Made by a program: the position numbers and the translations under genes. Below the pieces are notes generated by a model. The model saw nothing but the letters and a program-made list of their open reading frames with translations, made no database searches and had not been told where the DNA came from. 64,000 bases of DNA from Leucoraja ocellata (Eukaryota), in the NCBI GenBank assembly GCA_036785375.1, contig JAWMAR010000105.1:1798001-1862000 (forward strand), in the 5' to 3' direction. Shown here piece by piece: positions 12,488 through 25,468 of the stretch (the stretch's first letter is position 1; every line of letters begins with the position of its first letter).

Positions 12488-15180
12488 TTTGGGGAAAATC
12501 AAGATTTAACAAATTTTCAGACGTGCCTTGCCTGTTTTAAGATTTTGTTTCCAGTCATGGAGTTTTCATGTATTGGTTTCTAGCTAACTCAGAGTTGCAG
12601 AATCTCCTCAAGCATAAGGTTACAAGGAACTAATGGAAGCGATCTTTGAATATCCCTCCCAAAATAAATGCCTACAAGATTCTGAAAGACATTGAACAAA
12701 TCCACTTCTGGATCCCATTTTATCCCCACTAAGATCCAATGGCTATTTTGACTATCTGCTTGGTGATCATTTCCTGTTAAATATCACAATGGCAGTTTGT
12801 TTTTTGCTGTTTTAGAAATGTCGTAACTATTTAAATGTCACCGGTACATGATGTCCAGAGATCGTGAATGATAACTCTGACCCCAAGGTATGCACAGTTC
12901 TGTTTATCATGCACGTGCTTCACTTTAAAAAAATCCTCGTTTAACAGGTCTAATTCTGAATTGGCTTGCACACTGTTTCATCACTACAGGCAGGCAAACT
13001 GTTAAGGTGTATATTGATTAAGAAGATGCAAAACTTAATCTGCACTTGTTCTCTCCAATACACTTCCAGCAAAAGGCTCAGTAATTAGGTGATTTAATTC
13101 AAAACTCCTAAATTGAAAATGCAGATGTCACCTGTACAGAGCTGGGGTGAGCTACTGACCTTTTAGTGGACAGCAATTTAAATGTTTTATTAACTGTCAT
13201 GCTTAATTTTTCACTTGGTATGATAGCTTTAAATTGGATCTCCTTAGTACTTATTCTGGCCCCCTTAATAATTCTGAAATTTAATAATTCTGCCATTGGT
13301 TGTTGCATCTTTAACTGCCAGGGCTCTAAGCTCTGAAATTCTCTCTATCATGATCCACTCCTCTTATAGTATTCAATCTTTAGGTCACCTGCCACAACAT
13401 TTCCTGTTGATTCAGTGTTCACACTGTTGAGAAAGGCCTTGACGCTTTCTATATTAAGTGCACAGCATTGTACGTTGTTGGAATTGTAACCAAGCTACAC
13501 CATATGGTCATTTATTACCCACATTTCGACTAAAGTTTCTGCATTAACTATTCCCTTTTCCTGCATGTGATTCGACTTGTCTTCAGGGACTGTCCAATTG
13601 ACCAATTATTTCTGCCTGTTCTAGTCACACAGGACAAGTTTCTCATCCCTCTTTCTCCCAAGTCCTTCCAACTATGAATGCCATCCTAATTTGTACCTGT
13701 AAATGTGCCTTCATTTCCAAAAAAAACAATTATACATGTCATCCAGTTTGTAATTTAAAAAAGCACATGGCTACTGCTGGTTTGACCGATAAAGGCAGAT
13801 TATAGATTACCGAATGGAGAATTTGTGTTGAGATTTGATCTATATAGGCAATTTTAAATGTGGGCAATAGAGATGGGTGAGAGGGTCTTTTACCAAATGT
13901 AGAGGGTGTAAAATAGGATTAGGGGACAGAGTACAGTGGATGCATTGAAATTAACGGCAGCACCACTATAATGCTGCCAAAACTAAATTGAGTTGGAGGA
14001 TGAGAGGAAGGAATGACTCTCAAATTTGTATTCTGTTTAGACTTTTGCTTAAGATTGTAATTTGATGCTAAGTTTGCTTTGTGCTAACATTGACCTCTTA
14101 CTCAATTTTCATCTCTTTCTTAAAGATGTCAATGTAGGATTTTCTATTTTTAACCAGTGACTGCTCCCTGTCTTTGGAACAAAGAAAGCGTCACTTTTAA
14201 TTTGCTTGTGACATCAAGTGATTTGGAAGAATATTTTTAGGTGGGGTCTAAACCAGCGAGTCAAATTGTCATCGACTCCGACTGACTTTTGTATTGGATA
14301 TGACTGTCTTTACTGACTCATTCCTCAGGCAGTAATCTGTGTATTCTACTGAGCATTCTACTACGTCACAGTTTTTACAGTGTACCTGTTTTGTTAGCAA
14401 TGACGGAGTTACACAAGGGTGTGGTGTGCTCTTAATTGTAGTTGGCAAAGCAATGTTTGTTTCTGACTCGACATTGCACAATGCATTGTTACAGAAATAG
14501 TTTATCTAAAAGTTACTGCTGTGTACCTTGTGTTTGGTAACGGAAGTTCCAGAAATTCTTGTGTCAGGTGTGTGCGTAAGAAGGGAGGGTCATCACGTTG
14601 TGAGACTAAAAAGTATTTGGGAAGAACATTAGCTGAATCGAGGCAAATGTGTCATCTAAATATCAGTGCATACATCTTTGTAATCTACGCAACGTTTCCT
14701 GTCACTTGTCTTGCCAGTGGGCTTCATCAAGGTCACCAGAGGCCAGCAATTCCCTGAGAATTATCTCCCTCTTGCAGGTCTAGTGTCCACACCTACGGGC
14801 TGTGGTGTGGTCACGTGTTGAGCCGGACATCGCGGGCCTCTTGCCTTGCCCAATCCCATTTGTTGGAATGGGGTTGCTGACCATGAGTACCAGGGTTTAT
14901 TTCTCTTAATTACAGAAACATTCTAAGAAGGTTCAAAGGTGTCAAGGTTGCGGTCTCGGGTCACTGCTTGGGGGCATGCTCTGCTTTAATGAGATAATTC
15001 TCTGGCATGGTATTAGCTCAATTGGCCCTTTAAGTGGACATTCAGATTGGGTAGCTGGCTCGATCTTGTGTGGTCCACTCCAGTGTAAAAGGCAAAGCTT
15101 TCATTGCCTGATTAAATGGAGAGGACACAAAGCCTATTTCTGCCTAGCCATATTATTGCACCTGACCAACCTTTAGTTGC

Positions 15181-15436
15181 AGTGCTGGAGTAACATGGTG
15201 GGTCGGGCAGCATCTCTGGAGATAAAGGACTGGTGAAGTTTCTGGTTCAGACCCTTCTTCAGACTTATTATTCACCAGGTGGCTCTTGACAACCTAACTG
15301 CTAAAATCATAAGTCTGAAGAAGAGTCCCGACCCAAAACGTCACCTATTCCTTTTCTTCAGAATGCTGTCTGACTCGCTGAGCTACTCCAGCTTTTTGTC
15401 GATCTTTGGTTTAAATCAGCATCTGCAGTTCCTCTC
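15181..15436. mobile_element. Fold-back PLE-terminus element with 46-bp captured spacer
   Basis: Antisense arm 15181-15264, spacer 15265-15310, sense arm plus tail 15311-15436. Confidence 0.8.
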
Positions 15437-16394
15437 GACTCTTATGCTATGTGCCACCCGACTCTGGAATTACTGAATGAAAATCTAGATATATGCTTTC
15501 TCCTTGGATTTGAGAGATGTGTGGAGAAGCTGCCATACAATTTATTTTTAATGTTGTAGTTTTCAAACTGCAGATTCATTCTGAAGATTTCTGGTTTACT
15601 CCCAAAGTAATCCACCTACAGCTGGATGCTAGAAATTTGCTGGGCAGCTAATAACTAACCACAGGCTGGGCATTTTCAATAGCATTTGGTGTTTGGATAA
15701 TGCAAAGTAATTTGATCCATCCATCAAAATATTTTTTTTTGCAGGGTGAATGATATTGGAAGCCATTATCACCATTTCCTACAGGTTTGGATGTTTTGAA
15801 TGCTCTCAGGGGCTCAGTTATTAGACTAAAGTGCAAGCATTAGACTAGACTAATTTAATAATCCAGACTCTGTGCAAAGCATGACTTTAGCAGCGAGGTT
15901 GTCAAGAGTCACCAAATGAATAATAAGAGCTCTGGGCCCAGACAAGCAAAGTTGTATATTTCAGTCAGGCCATCAGTACTTGAAGTCTTGTGGGGTGGTA
16001 TTCAGATTTGAATGTACATAACCATAATGCAGCCCCTCATGGGTTTGGTACTGATGTAATCCTAGCACTTTGCTGTAGACAAATGTTTAAAGCTTGACTG
16101 GAGTTGGCGAGGAATTAAAAACCAAATACATAAATCAAAGATGACGTTGGCAAGGCGGACGGATGGTGGTCAGAATGGGTTTTGAAGAGGATTTGGGGCT
16201 TGGGGAGAACTTCAAGGTTTTGAAGGTGAAGCTGGCTGTTGTGGGGGAAAAGGTAGCTAGTCGTGGGTAGAGTGGTTAAGTTACTGTGCTGGCAGCTGGA
16301 ATCTGGACCTCCCTCCAGAGACACTGGATTGATTTTCAAGATGGATGGTGCAGAATGTTTAAATAATTCAAAAATCTTTAACTAACTATGAATA

Positions 16395-16508
16395 CAAACA
16401 ATACAATAATACTTTATTAGCCAAGTATGTTTTGCAACATACAAGGAATTTAATTTGCTAAGTCAGTCATACAAATAAAAAGCAACGGAACACACAAAAT
16501 ACATTTTA
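16395..16508 (-). mobile_element. LINE 3'-tail remnant (Rex/L2-like)
   Basis: Short-repeat tail (AATAC)n then TTTATT...CATACAAGGAATTT. Confidence 0.45.
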
Positions 16509-18208
16509 CAGACACCACTGGCTCTCTAATGTACATCAGGAAAGAAACTATCGATCTTTACCAGTTTGGCCTGTGTGACTAACTAACTAGGATCTATACA
16601 AGGATACTGCTTGCAAGAGACAACTTGTGTGGAGAGAGCAATTGAACTGACCCTGGTCATTGTACTATAGTGTCTGACAAAATGTATGTAGGCAGTCCAA
16701 ATTAAATGTGGGTTGTTAGAACTTTGAGACAGCAGCCTTAAAATATTTACAATAAATTATTTTTGATCTTGTTACTATGAAATGATCATGGCATAAAGAT
16801 TGTATTGCTGTATTTAGAATTCAAATAGGTACTTTGTTTGATATTGGTGCAAGTGACATAAAATATGTTAAATACTAGAACTTTATCAAATGTCATAGAC
16901 ATGGAGTGCTTGTTAAGCTTTTACTTGGTTAATGCAATTAAAATGTTGCTACTTAACATAGTAAAAGAGGATAATGTGCAGGTGTAATGTTTTCAACATT
17001 TGGTTAGTTTAATATCAGGACATGATATAATTGACATTTTATAAAAGGCTTCATTTTTATACTGCCTACAAACTGCTCAGCATATATGTGATGTATCTAT
17101 TACAATTGTAAATGATCTTTCAACTTGATGACAATTCAATTAGATTGTCTATTTTTTCCAGCCAGTATAGTATTGTGATACTTTTTCCTGAGTACTGACT
17201 TGGGTTATAAAGGCACCCTGACTCAACTTGCAATATCCAGCTTCAACTGGTCTTTCGTTTGGCGTGCACAGCCTAAAGTTGTAGGACAACTTGTTCTATT
17301 TGGTCTTATTTGATTGTGCACATCAGGTTGATTGCATTTGTTGAAACAGGGCAGACCATGTGAAGGTTGCAATCTCCCACCCCAAGCTTCATCTGGTGGA
17401 CAGCTGTTTCCCAGCTCTGAAGTATCTGCCTGGTGTCCTTTTGATGTTGGCTCCAACTACTGAATGGTCTGGTTAATGGGTGAAGACAAGGAGTGCAGCC
17501 CAGTGCCAGATTTCTGGCAGACAAGCTGCATTGCACTATGTGATCTGGAAAAAATGCTCTTGAACCCTTGTTGATGGACACCTTACTTTATTGTGAAGAT
17601 TAATTTCCTTGCAGATATTTGAAATTCTCTCTCGGTGCCCGTGACATTTGGGTCGGTTTAAATCCCGTGCTGCAATGTACTATTCTCAAATAAATTGCTT
17701 CAATTTAAAATGTTTATTGCAGACAGACCAAAATAACAAAATGTGGAAGATGCTTTATTGGTTTATAGTACTGGTAGAATATAATCTACAATACATAAGC
17801 ATCCCTTCTATTACATTAGTATTGTTTCCATATTCAGCAACTGAGACCATACAAGTTGTTGAGAAGATAATGATCAAAGTTTAGGAGCCGATCTGGCTGG
17901 ATTGAAGTTGTGAAGCTGTGTGCTTGAATCTAGTTCCAGCAAAGACAATTGTGAAAAACTTGGTGACAGCAGATGAGTTAAGACACATGCAGATTGAGTT
18001 GCCTTTCTTGAACGTGAATACCTCGCATTCCTTTGGTGCTCTGCTTCTGGACAGTTGCCATAACAAGTTTTACAATTTGTTATTTGTGGAATCAATCTGG
18101 GCGACTTTATATCGCCTCAGTTGAATCCCACCTACACTCGACTGAAGCCCTTTTTGTCTCTTTCCCTAACCTTTTGTCCCATCCACACCTTAAGATACAA
18201 CATTGCAC

Positions 18209-18822
18209 AAAGGTTCAAAGGGCTTTTATTGTCACGTGTACCAATTAAGGTGCAGTGATATTCGATTTGCCATACTAAAAAAAAGCAACAAGACGCACAA
18301 CTACATAACAGTTAACATAAACATCCACCACAGTCAAACCATCCGTAGTCAGAGCGATCTAAGCTCCTGAAGTCAGGACGATCGAATCCCCCGTGTCGCG
18401 GCGATTGAAGCTCCCGCTTCAGGTCGGTCGAAGCTCTTGCGGCTTGGAGCTTCTGAAGTCGGTCTCTAACCAGAGACCGCGAGCTCCACGATTTTAAAGT
18501 CCGCAGCCTCCAAGGTCGATCCATGACGGGGACTTCCAGCTCCATGATGTTAAGTCAGCAGGCTCTCGCGGTTGGAGCTCCCGAAGTCGGTCTCCAGCAG
18601 AGGCCGTCAGCTGCTCGATGTTAGGCTGTAGAGCGGACGGAGATACGATATGGAGGTAAGAGATTTAAAAACAAGTTTTCTCCCCCCCCCCCCCCTCCCC
18701 CCCCCCCCCCACACACATATAAAACGAACACTAAAGCATAAATTTAACACATACTATAAAACAACAAAGAAGGGATGGATGAGTCGGACTGTTGGCGATG
18801 CAGCCATTGCTGGTGCCACCCA
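18209..18822 (-). mobile_element. Unclassified retroposon with LINE-like 3' tail and GC-rich internal repeats
   Basis: TTTATTGTCACGTGTACC tail shared with 36474; two ~70-bp CpG-rich units containing GGAGCTYCYGAAGTCGGTCTC. Confidence 0.5.
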
Positions 18823-20029
18823 ATGAGTATTCAGGTAAAGGGTATTTTTGTACCCGCCACCATTCAGGTAAAGAGTATTTTTGTAACTTCCGGCTAACTT
18901 GCTTCTACCGTACTTGTCTCTTGCCTCCCAATCAAATGCCAACCCATATCACAAGCTAATTATTTTTGGGAGGCCTCTAAGTTTTAATCATCTGGTGTGA
19001 ATCCTCTAAGTAATTTCCATAACCCTCAATAAAAACATCCTAAGATGCTATCTTAACATTCATCACTGACGTTCTGATGTGGATTAGTTGGGTATGCCTT
19101 TAAACATCTTAATTTTTCTCAGCTTACTTATTCAGGTTCTCAATCAGAATTCCAGCAACTTTTCTACAATTAGGCAGACAAGCCTAGTTTCATTCTTCCC
19201 TCTTAGTGCAATCATCTTGCACTCCTGAAAAATGGATACAAACTACAAATTGAATAGATCTGCTGCTTTTCTTTCGAGCTGGTTCAGCTTGCACGTGCGG
19301 TCTAATAATATCTTGGATTTTTTTTATAATTTATCCATTGGTTTTCCCCTTGTTTTACTGCGAGCTGCCTTCATATGATACAATTCCTGTCTCATTTTCT
19401 TCATGGGTATTGCCTACCGCACACCATAGATTATTTAAAATGATTTATGCACTTAATTATTTGGGTTACTTTCTCTATTCAGCCAGGTTTGCTGTGGATA
19501 ATTAATTTCTCATTCTTTTAAGTCTGTCTTACTTAGCATTGGCACTGTTTCTGTGCTACTCCCTCGCATACTTGGTGTTGGGTTCATAATCACTAAAAGG
19601 GCAAAGGTAAAGCCATGGTATGTAGTAGACTTTGTGACAGGTTTAAAGTTATGATCACAGTTGAGGAAGTCTAATTTCAGTTGATTACTAAATCCAATTA
19701 CATCTTGGGCCATTATTGATAATGCAAACAAACATGCAATATTCTACATATTTATTGGCATTGCAGCTCCAAACTATTCTGTTCCTCTCAGTAAAAATAT
19801 CCCTGAACTCTCCATTACACCCTGCTTATTTCCTTGTTTGCCCTAACCCTGTTATCAAGACTGTTAACAATTCCTTTGCCCTGCGCACTTTCTCCCCGTT
19901 TCCAGTGCCTCGCCACTCGTGTTTATCTCCTGCAATTACATCTTTTTGTCATGTTACAGGAGAAAGATATATTCCTCCCCCTCCTCACTTCGTATCATCT
20001 AATTAAAAACACTGCAGCCTGCGAGTGCA

Positions 20030-20295
20030 TCTGCCTCAGAGCGGCAGAGACATGAGGTCAATCTTAACCACTGGTGCTGTCATTGTTGTGTTTTCAGGTT
20101 CTCGCTGTGACTGAGAGCGTCCTCTCACATCTCAATGACATGTGATTTTGCAGGTTAATTGACCTTTACCAATTTCCCCTGGTGTGCAGGGAGTCGATAA
20201 GCAAGTTGTGTAATATAGAACTAGAACAAATGGGTGATAAATCTTTGGCATGGATTCAGTGGGCCGAATGTCCTTTTTTTTTTGCATTTCTCTAT
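20030..20295 (+). mobile_element. V-SINE-like SINE, degenerate
   Basis: GGTCAATCTT B-box remnant, GCAGGTTAATTGACC and GTGGGCCGAA 3' motifs. Confidence 0.55.
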
Positions 20296-21847
20296 GCTTG
20301 GGTTGGATTTAATGGACTGTTTCACTTTTAATTGTAATGTTGTGTAATCATCAGATTATGGAATCCAATTTTGCAAGCCCGTCATTGGAATCCAACTTTC
20401 CAAGCCTGTCATAGTTTGAAGAGACTTGTAACACTTACATTTGGAAGTTGACCTAGAGTGGAGACCACTTTTTGCATATCTTGTTAGTAAAAAAATATTT
20501 TGTGATCCTTCTGCCTAGGCACATGTACCTTCCTGTTGTGGCCAGGACACTGTAGGGCAGCAGCAAGGGCTATAGGGGACTCCGAAGGAATGATTTGAGT
20601 ACTTGCAAGCTCTAGATGAAGAGGCTCATGTTTTTTTTGTTTTTGTTTCAATGGATTGTAACCTTATCAGGTAATTGTCACCTGACTGGATTGACCTTGC
20701 TGAGAGAAGGATCATGTCACATGAAAGTGATCCTCTTTATTGTACTGAGAATGATGCCTCGGTTGCACCATCAGGCACTTCTTTTTGCTTTTGGCTTCCC
20801 CTCCATTCTGTCCCAGCCAAATGAGAATGCTCATGGTTGAGCCAATGCCTTTTGGCTGAAATACTAACTTGCCTTTTGGCTTATTCTCTGACCGCATATT
20901 TTGTCTATGATCAATAATTTAGTGTAAATGGATGCATTCAAACTAGTGGATGAAATATGCTTTCATTTAGAATTACAACCCTAAAAAGGTTATATACATA
21001 CCTTGCATGTATGTGCTTACTGAGTCATTTAGACTTGCAATCTTAAATAGAGTCTTAAACAGCCTTGTATGCTTACCAAGTCTAAAAGCAGAATTCTAAT
21101 TTCAACCTTAAATAACATCCTTCCTCTAGTGCTTCATGATACTAAACGATCCATGCAATATGGTTATTTAGTATTATGATACACGATTTAAGGTTTTAAT
21201 TTGAATTCAGTTTTTGGACTTGGTAAGGATGTGCATTTCAGATTAAGAAAGAAATGAATGTGAAAGATTTTGGCTTGCTCCAAATTAATTGCTTTATTTA
21301 TACTGTACTATACCACAGGACATGCTGGTAGTCACAAATTAATTTCAATGCATAAATTATGCATCTAATAGATTCTTAAAAATTAGATTTTTTCAAAAAA
21401 TGCAATATCATTAATTCTAATCAATTAAAATGCAAATGATACTGCTGTTGCAATCTAATTTGGTAGTGTGCCAGTGCAATGCTGTGGCAATTTTAATTAT
21501 CCTTAATATGTGCTATGAGGTGGACATCAATGATCTGTAGTACAGGGAGACTCATGACAAATGTTGAAGATTATCCATTTAAACAGCAAGACTTGAACAA
21601 ACTTCATAATTTCCTGTTGTGATCTCCATGTCGTGAACAGGTATGATTTCATGTTTTGAAACCTTTTTCCATTGGGAGAACACGAGCAGCTTTTTTAGCA
21701 CTACATGAAAATCTGTTAATATAACATTTCTCCCCTCCAAGCCTCAAAACATCAAATTAGATACATTTTATCGAGGTGCATTCAGTGAATGGCATTAGAT
21801 GGTGGTTTGCACTACAGCAAAATCTAACAATTTAATGTCTAGAAAAA

Positions 21848-21993
21848 GTCACAAAATGCTCAAGTAGCTCAGCAAGTCAGTCGGCGTCTCTGGAGAACAT
21901 GGAAAGCAACGTTTTGGCTCGGGATCTTTCTTTTGATTCAAGGGTCTGACCCTCGAAACAGAATCCAGATGGGTCCCAATCCAAAACATTGCC
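21848..21993. mobile_element. Degenerate fold-back PLE-terminus element
   Basis: Antisense arm ending GCAACGTTTTGGCTCGGGATC, then sense GGGTCCCAATCCAAAACATTGCC. Confidence 0.55.
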
Positions 21994-22899
21994 TTGTGTC
22001 GACAATTAATTGATCAGATTTTGTCTAATTTGAAATGGACAGATTATCCTTGTTTATCTAATGGTGTTGTCTATGGCTTCTTGATAAATTGGGAAAGTTT
22101 TCATGCCTAATCAAATGGACTGTTTTATTAACTATGTGAATATTGTACTTCTATATCGAGATGTGTAAAAGTCATAATTAGCACGAGGAGGATAAAATTA
22201 ATTCTCTCTACTCCCTGTAATAGCAATTTATGCAGTCCTACCAAGCTGTCTGCAGATTTCCATGCAAGTATTAATCTGGATCCTTTTTTGAAATTGACAA
22301 TTGAATCTCTCCTGTCATCCTTTCAAACATTTTAATTAAATAAATATACAGGAAATTCAGTACGCCTTTACAAGGCAACACTTTCATTGTCATAAAAAAA
22401 AATAAGTTTGTCCAGTTTTTAAATTATTGCAATCACAAAATGGCCAGATGTGGGTGGTGAGAATTTGAGCGGTCTCTTCAGTTGCTGCTCCAGTTGATTT
22501 TAAGCACAATTTCAACAGTGCAGGTCTGTCAATCAGATTATCCTGTTGTTTGTCATATTAAACCTAATACTGGTATGGTATATCTGGAGAATAGAGACAA
22601 TCGGGATTCAGTTTTGAGTTGGTTGTATCTTGTTGCGTTTGTGCGGTGGGAAAGGTGTTAGATTTACAGCAGGCCACATTCCAGAAGTAAACCAACTGGT
22701 CTGAATAGTTTTAAACTGGGTACACATTCAACAATGCCAAAAATGCAGGCTGCTTTTACTGTATATTGTTGACTGGCTGTTTACATTTTTTTAAGCTCGT
22801 CGTTTCACATTTCTCTCTCATTACTAGTGATAGTACAGCGCTGGTGAACACCTTATTATGATACTTTATCCTTGTGATGGAAGATGGGTGGCATTTAGA

Positions 22900-23216
22900 A
22901 ATGAGAGGGAAGAGCAAGTCAGAGGCTAGTACTTGATCGATGGAACCAGATAAGGCAGAGACTATGATAGATGGAACCAGGTGGGGGAGGGTGATATCTA
23001 AGTAACGATGGGAGGAAAAGATGAATAAAGGGAGAGAGATCCTGGGTGGATTTGCATCAATGGGAAAGGGACGGGGGTTGCACTGAGTTACCTGAAATTG
23101 GAAATTAAATGTTCATGTTGTCAGACTGTGTAGGTAACTTGAGTGAATTGAGGTACTGTTCTACTGGTTTGTATTTGGCCTCATTGTGGCAGTGAGCAAG
23201 GCTAAGGATGGGACAG
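22900..23216 (-). mobile_element. Penelope-like element 3' fragment
   Basis: TTACCTGAAATTGGAAATTAAATGTTCATG... PLE C-terminal block with purine-rich (+ strand) UTR. Confidence 0.6.
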
Positions 23217-23232
23217 AAAAGAGAAGAGCTAA

Positions 23233-23371
23233 AGGGATCAGGGGGTATGGAGAGAAGGCAGGTACAGGATACTGAGTTGGATGATCAGCCATGATCATAT
23301 TGAATGGCGGTGCAGGCTCGAAGGGCCGAATGGCCTACTCCTGCACCTATTTTCTATGTTTCTATGTTTCT
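23233..23371 (+). mobile_element. 5'-truncated CR1 LINE with TSD
   Basis: Near-identical to the reverse complement of 8864-9000; (TTTCTATG)n tail; AAGAGCTAA at 23224-23232 and 23372-23380. Confidence 0.9.
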
Positions 23372-24879
23372 AAGAGCTAATGCTGACATTGTTAATGTAG
23401 GTGATGGAACATAGAGACCATTCTTAAGTATGAAGTAAGCAATCTATCATCACTTTGAAATTTGATTTTATTCATTAAAATAAAGGCAGTCACTGTCAGA
23501 CTGAGGGTAATTTGATTTTTTATGATAAAATTGGTGCAGCTTTTTTAGATAATGGGGAATTGGAAGGTTAGGGTTTTAAATCGCAATCTGGGTCTTCAAA
23601 TGGGTCATGAGCAAGATAAAGCTGGCAATGTTATGGACTAGATCCCATACAATGCTCTCTACAGTGCTCCGAATCATCCTTCCTCCAATGTTCCCTGCCA
23701 CTTGCCTGGACCAGATGCCAAGTCTGATCTAGCTGATTATCTGAAGTAATTAAACTTTAAAACACAGTGCTAATAAATGATGGCGCAAGTAAATAATTGA
23801 GAGGACTTGGCTTCATCGTTACGTGCTAATCGGAGGACCTAGAATCTCCACTTGATATCAATGGATCTTGATTGTGTATTGTGTACCAACTGTGACCTGA
23901 CGTGGTTCGGAGAGGCTTTTTTTTCCCTCTGGGAAATTCAAGCACGATAGTCTAGATTCCAGATGTCTGAGCAAAGTGGAAAAATCTCTCTCCTTCCATT
24001 TATTAGCAAGTCCTGCACCTGTAACCCATGTAGTTATCCAGAACTTAGTTCCATTCAAATGGCCGAACCTTGACCACAGCCATCATAATCTAGCCCAGCG
24101 GTAAACACTGGAATATGATGACCATTCTAACGCGCAGAAAATAATATTCCAATGAAAATTACGTGTGCAAAAAATTCTCGTGGCATACAGCTCAGTACTG
24201 GGACGTTTGTATTGCTAAGTTGTTTATGAAATATTGTATCCCTGATTTCCTTGCTTTCATTTATTGATCAGCAATTTCTGCATTTGCAATACATCTAGCT
24301 ATCCAGGTCTTGAACCAAGGCTATTACTGATCAATCGATATAGGCAGCATTCACTGTTTCTGCAATCCTGTGTAGTGCAATATGGTGTAGGTTTTAATAT
24401 TGTTCCTGAATCTTCGCTGTAACTGGCTGCAAATGGACAGTGAAGATTGCCCCAGGGTGTCTTGAATCCTGACTGTATTAAGTAATGGAATTTGCATAAA
24501 ACCGTATCGCACCAGTAACCAAACATTTGGCACATTTCTTGGCAGCAAAGCATGAAGATGAATGGCCTATTCTGTTTGTCAGATAAATGGTCCCAAGGGC
24601 ACTGTATTCTACAGGGCATTTGCATCCATATGGAATCCAAAAGGAGTTGAGTGCAGAGTCTTGTTACAGCACATGTTATCATATGCATGCCAGTGACCAA
24701 TTGCATGTTTTTTTTTAAACAAATCCTTTGCATTCACTTGTCATCTTTGCATTCACAGTGCCAGAATACCAATAATCACCACAATTGCAGTAACTGCACA
24801 GTACATTATTCTTGATTCTGTGATAAATCGTAAGATTGTTTTTAAATGAAATTGCCTGGGTTGAAATCTTGGTCTTGAA

Positions 24880-25228
24880 GGTGATCGGCTGCAGAGGCAG
24901 TGGGGGTTCAGGTGAGGGGGTGTGATTGGCAGATGAGTAGAGTAAATTACAGTCTATGGGTGAAAATGAGAGAAGGGTGTCAGAAGCAAGAGGGAGCAAT
25001 GGTGACATATAAAGCTGGAGGAAGGGATATGGATGGAAGGGAATCTGAAATCGGGGTGGGTTTTGGATGTAAGATGATGATATATGGGACTCGTTGGTTC
25101 TCCTCCCTCTTTTCCACCTCTGCCCCAACTCCATCAGTCTGAAGGGTCTCAACCTGGAACGTTTTTTTATTAATTCGCTCCACAGATGCTCTCTGACCAG
25201 CCCCCGCCTTCTCGCACTTTGTTTTTTG
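24880..25228. mobile_element. PLE UTR fragments in inverted arrangement with degenerate hammerhead at ~25139
   Basis: Purine-rich block then CCATCAGTCTGAAGGGTCTCAACCTGGAACGT...CTCCACAGATGCT. Confidence 0.5.
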
Positions 25229-25232
25229 GGTT

Positions 25233-25337
25233 ACATAGAAACGTAGAAAATAGGTGCAGGCGTAGGCCATTCGGCCCTTCGAGCCTGCACCGCCATTCAA
25301 TATGATCATGGCTGATCATCGAACTCAGTATCCTGTA
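25233..25337 (-). mobile_element. CR1 3' end fragment
   Basis: ACATAGAAACGTAGAAAATAGGTGCAGG...GGCCATTCGGCCCTTCGAGCCTGCACCGCC. Confidence 0.85.
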
Positions 25338-25359
25338 ACTGAAACTGTTGAAACTGAAC

Positions 25360-25468
25360 AAGGTGTTAGAAGGGTTTCGGCCTGAAACGTTGCCTATTTC
25401 CTTCGCTCCATAGATGCTGCTGCACCCGCTGAGTTTCTCTAGCTTTTTTGTGTACCTAAGGTGTTAGA
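25360..25468 (+). mobile_element. Single-arm PLE-terminus insertion (subfamily B) with 11-bp TSD
   Basis: AAGGTGTTAGA at 25360-25370 and 25458-25468; the insert starts at hammerhead stem II (AGGGTTTCGGCCTGAAACGTT). Confidence 0.8.

Noticed and set aside
15181-15436. Repeat-spacer-repeat resembling CRISPR spacer acquisition
   Set aside because: Repeats are inverted, single-unit and PLE-derived, in a vertebrate genome with no cas genes
17212-17382. Probable interspersed-repeat fragment
   Set aside because: No termini, TSD or second copy in the window to support a classification
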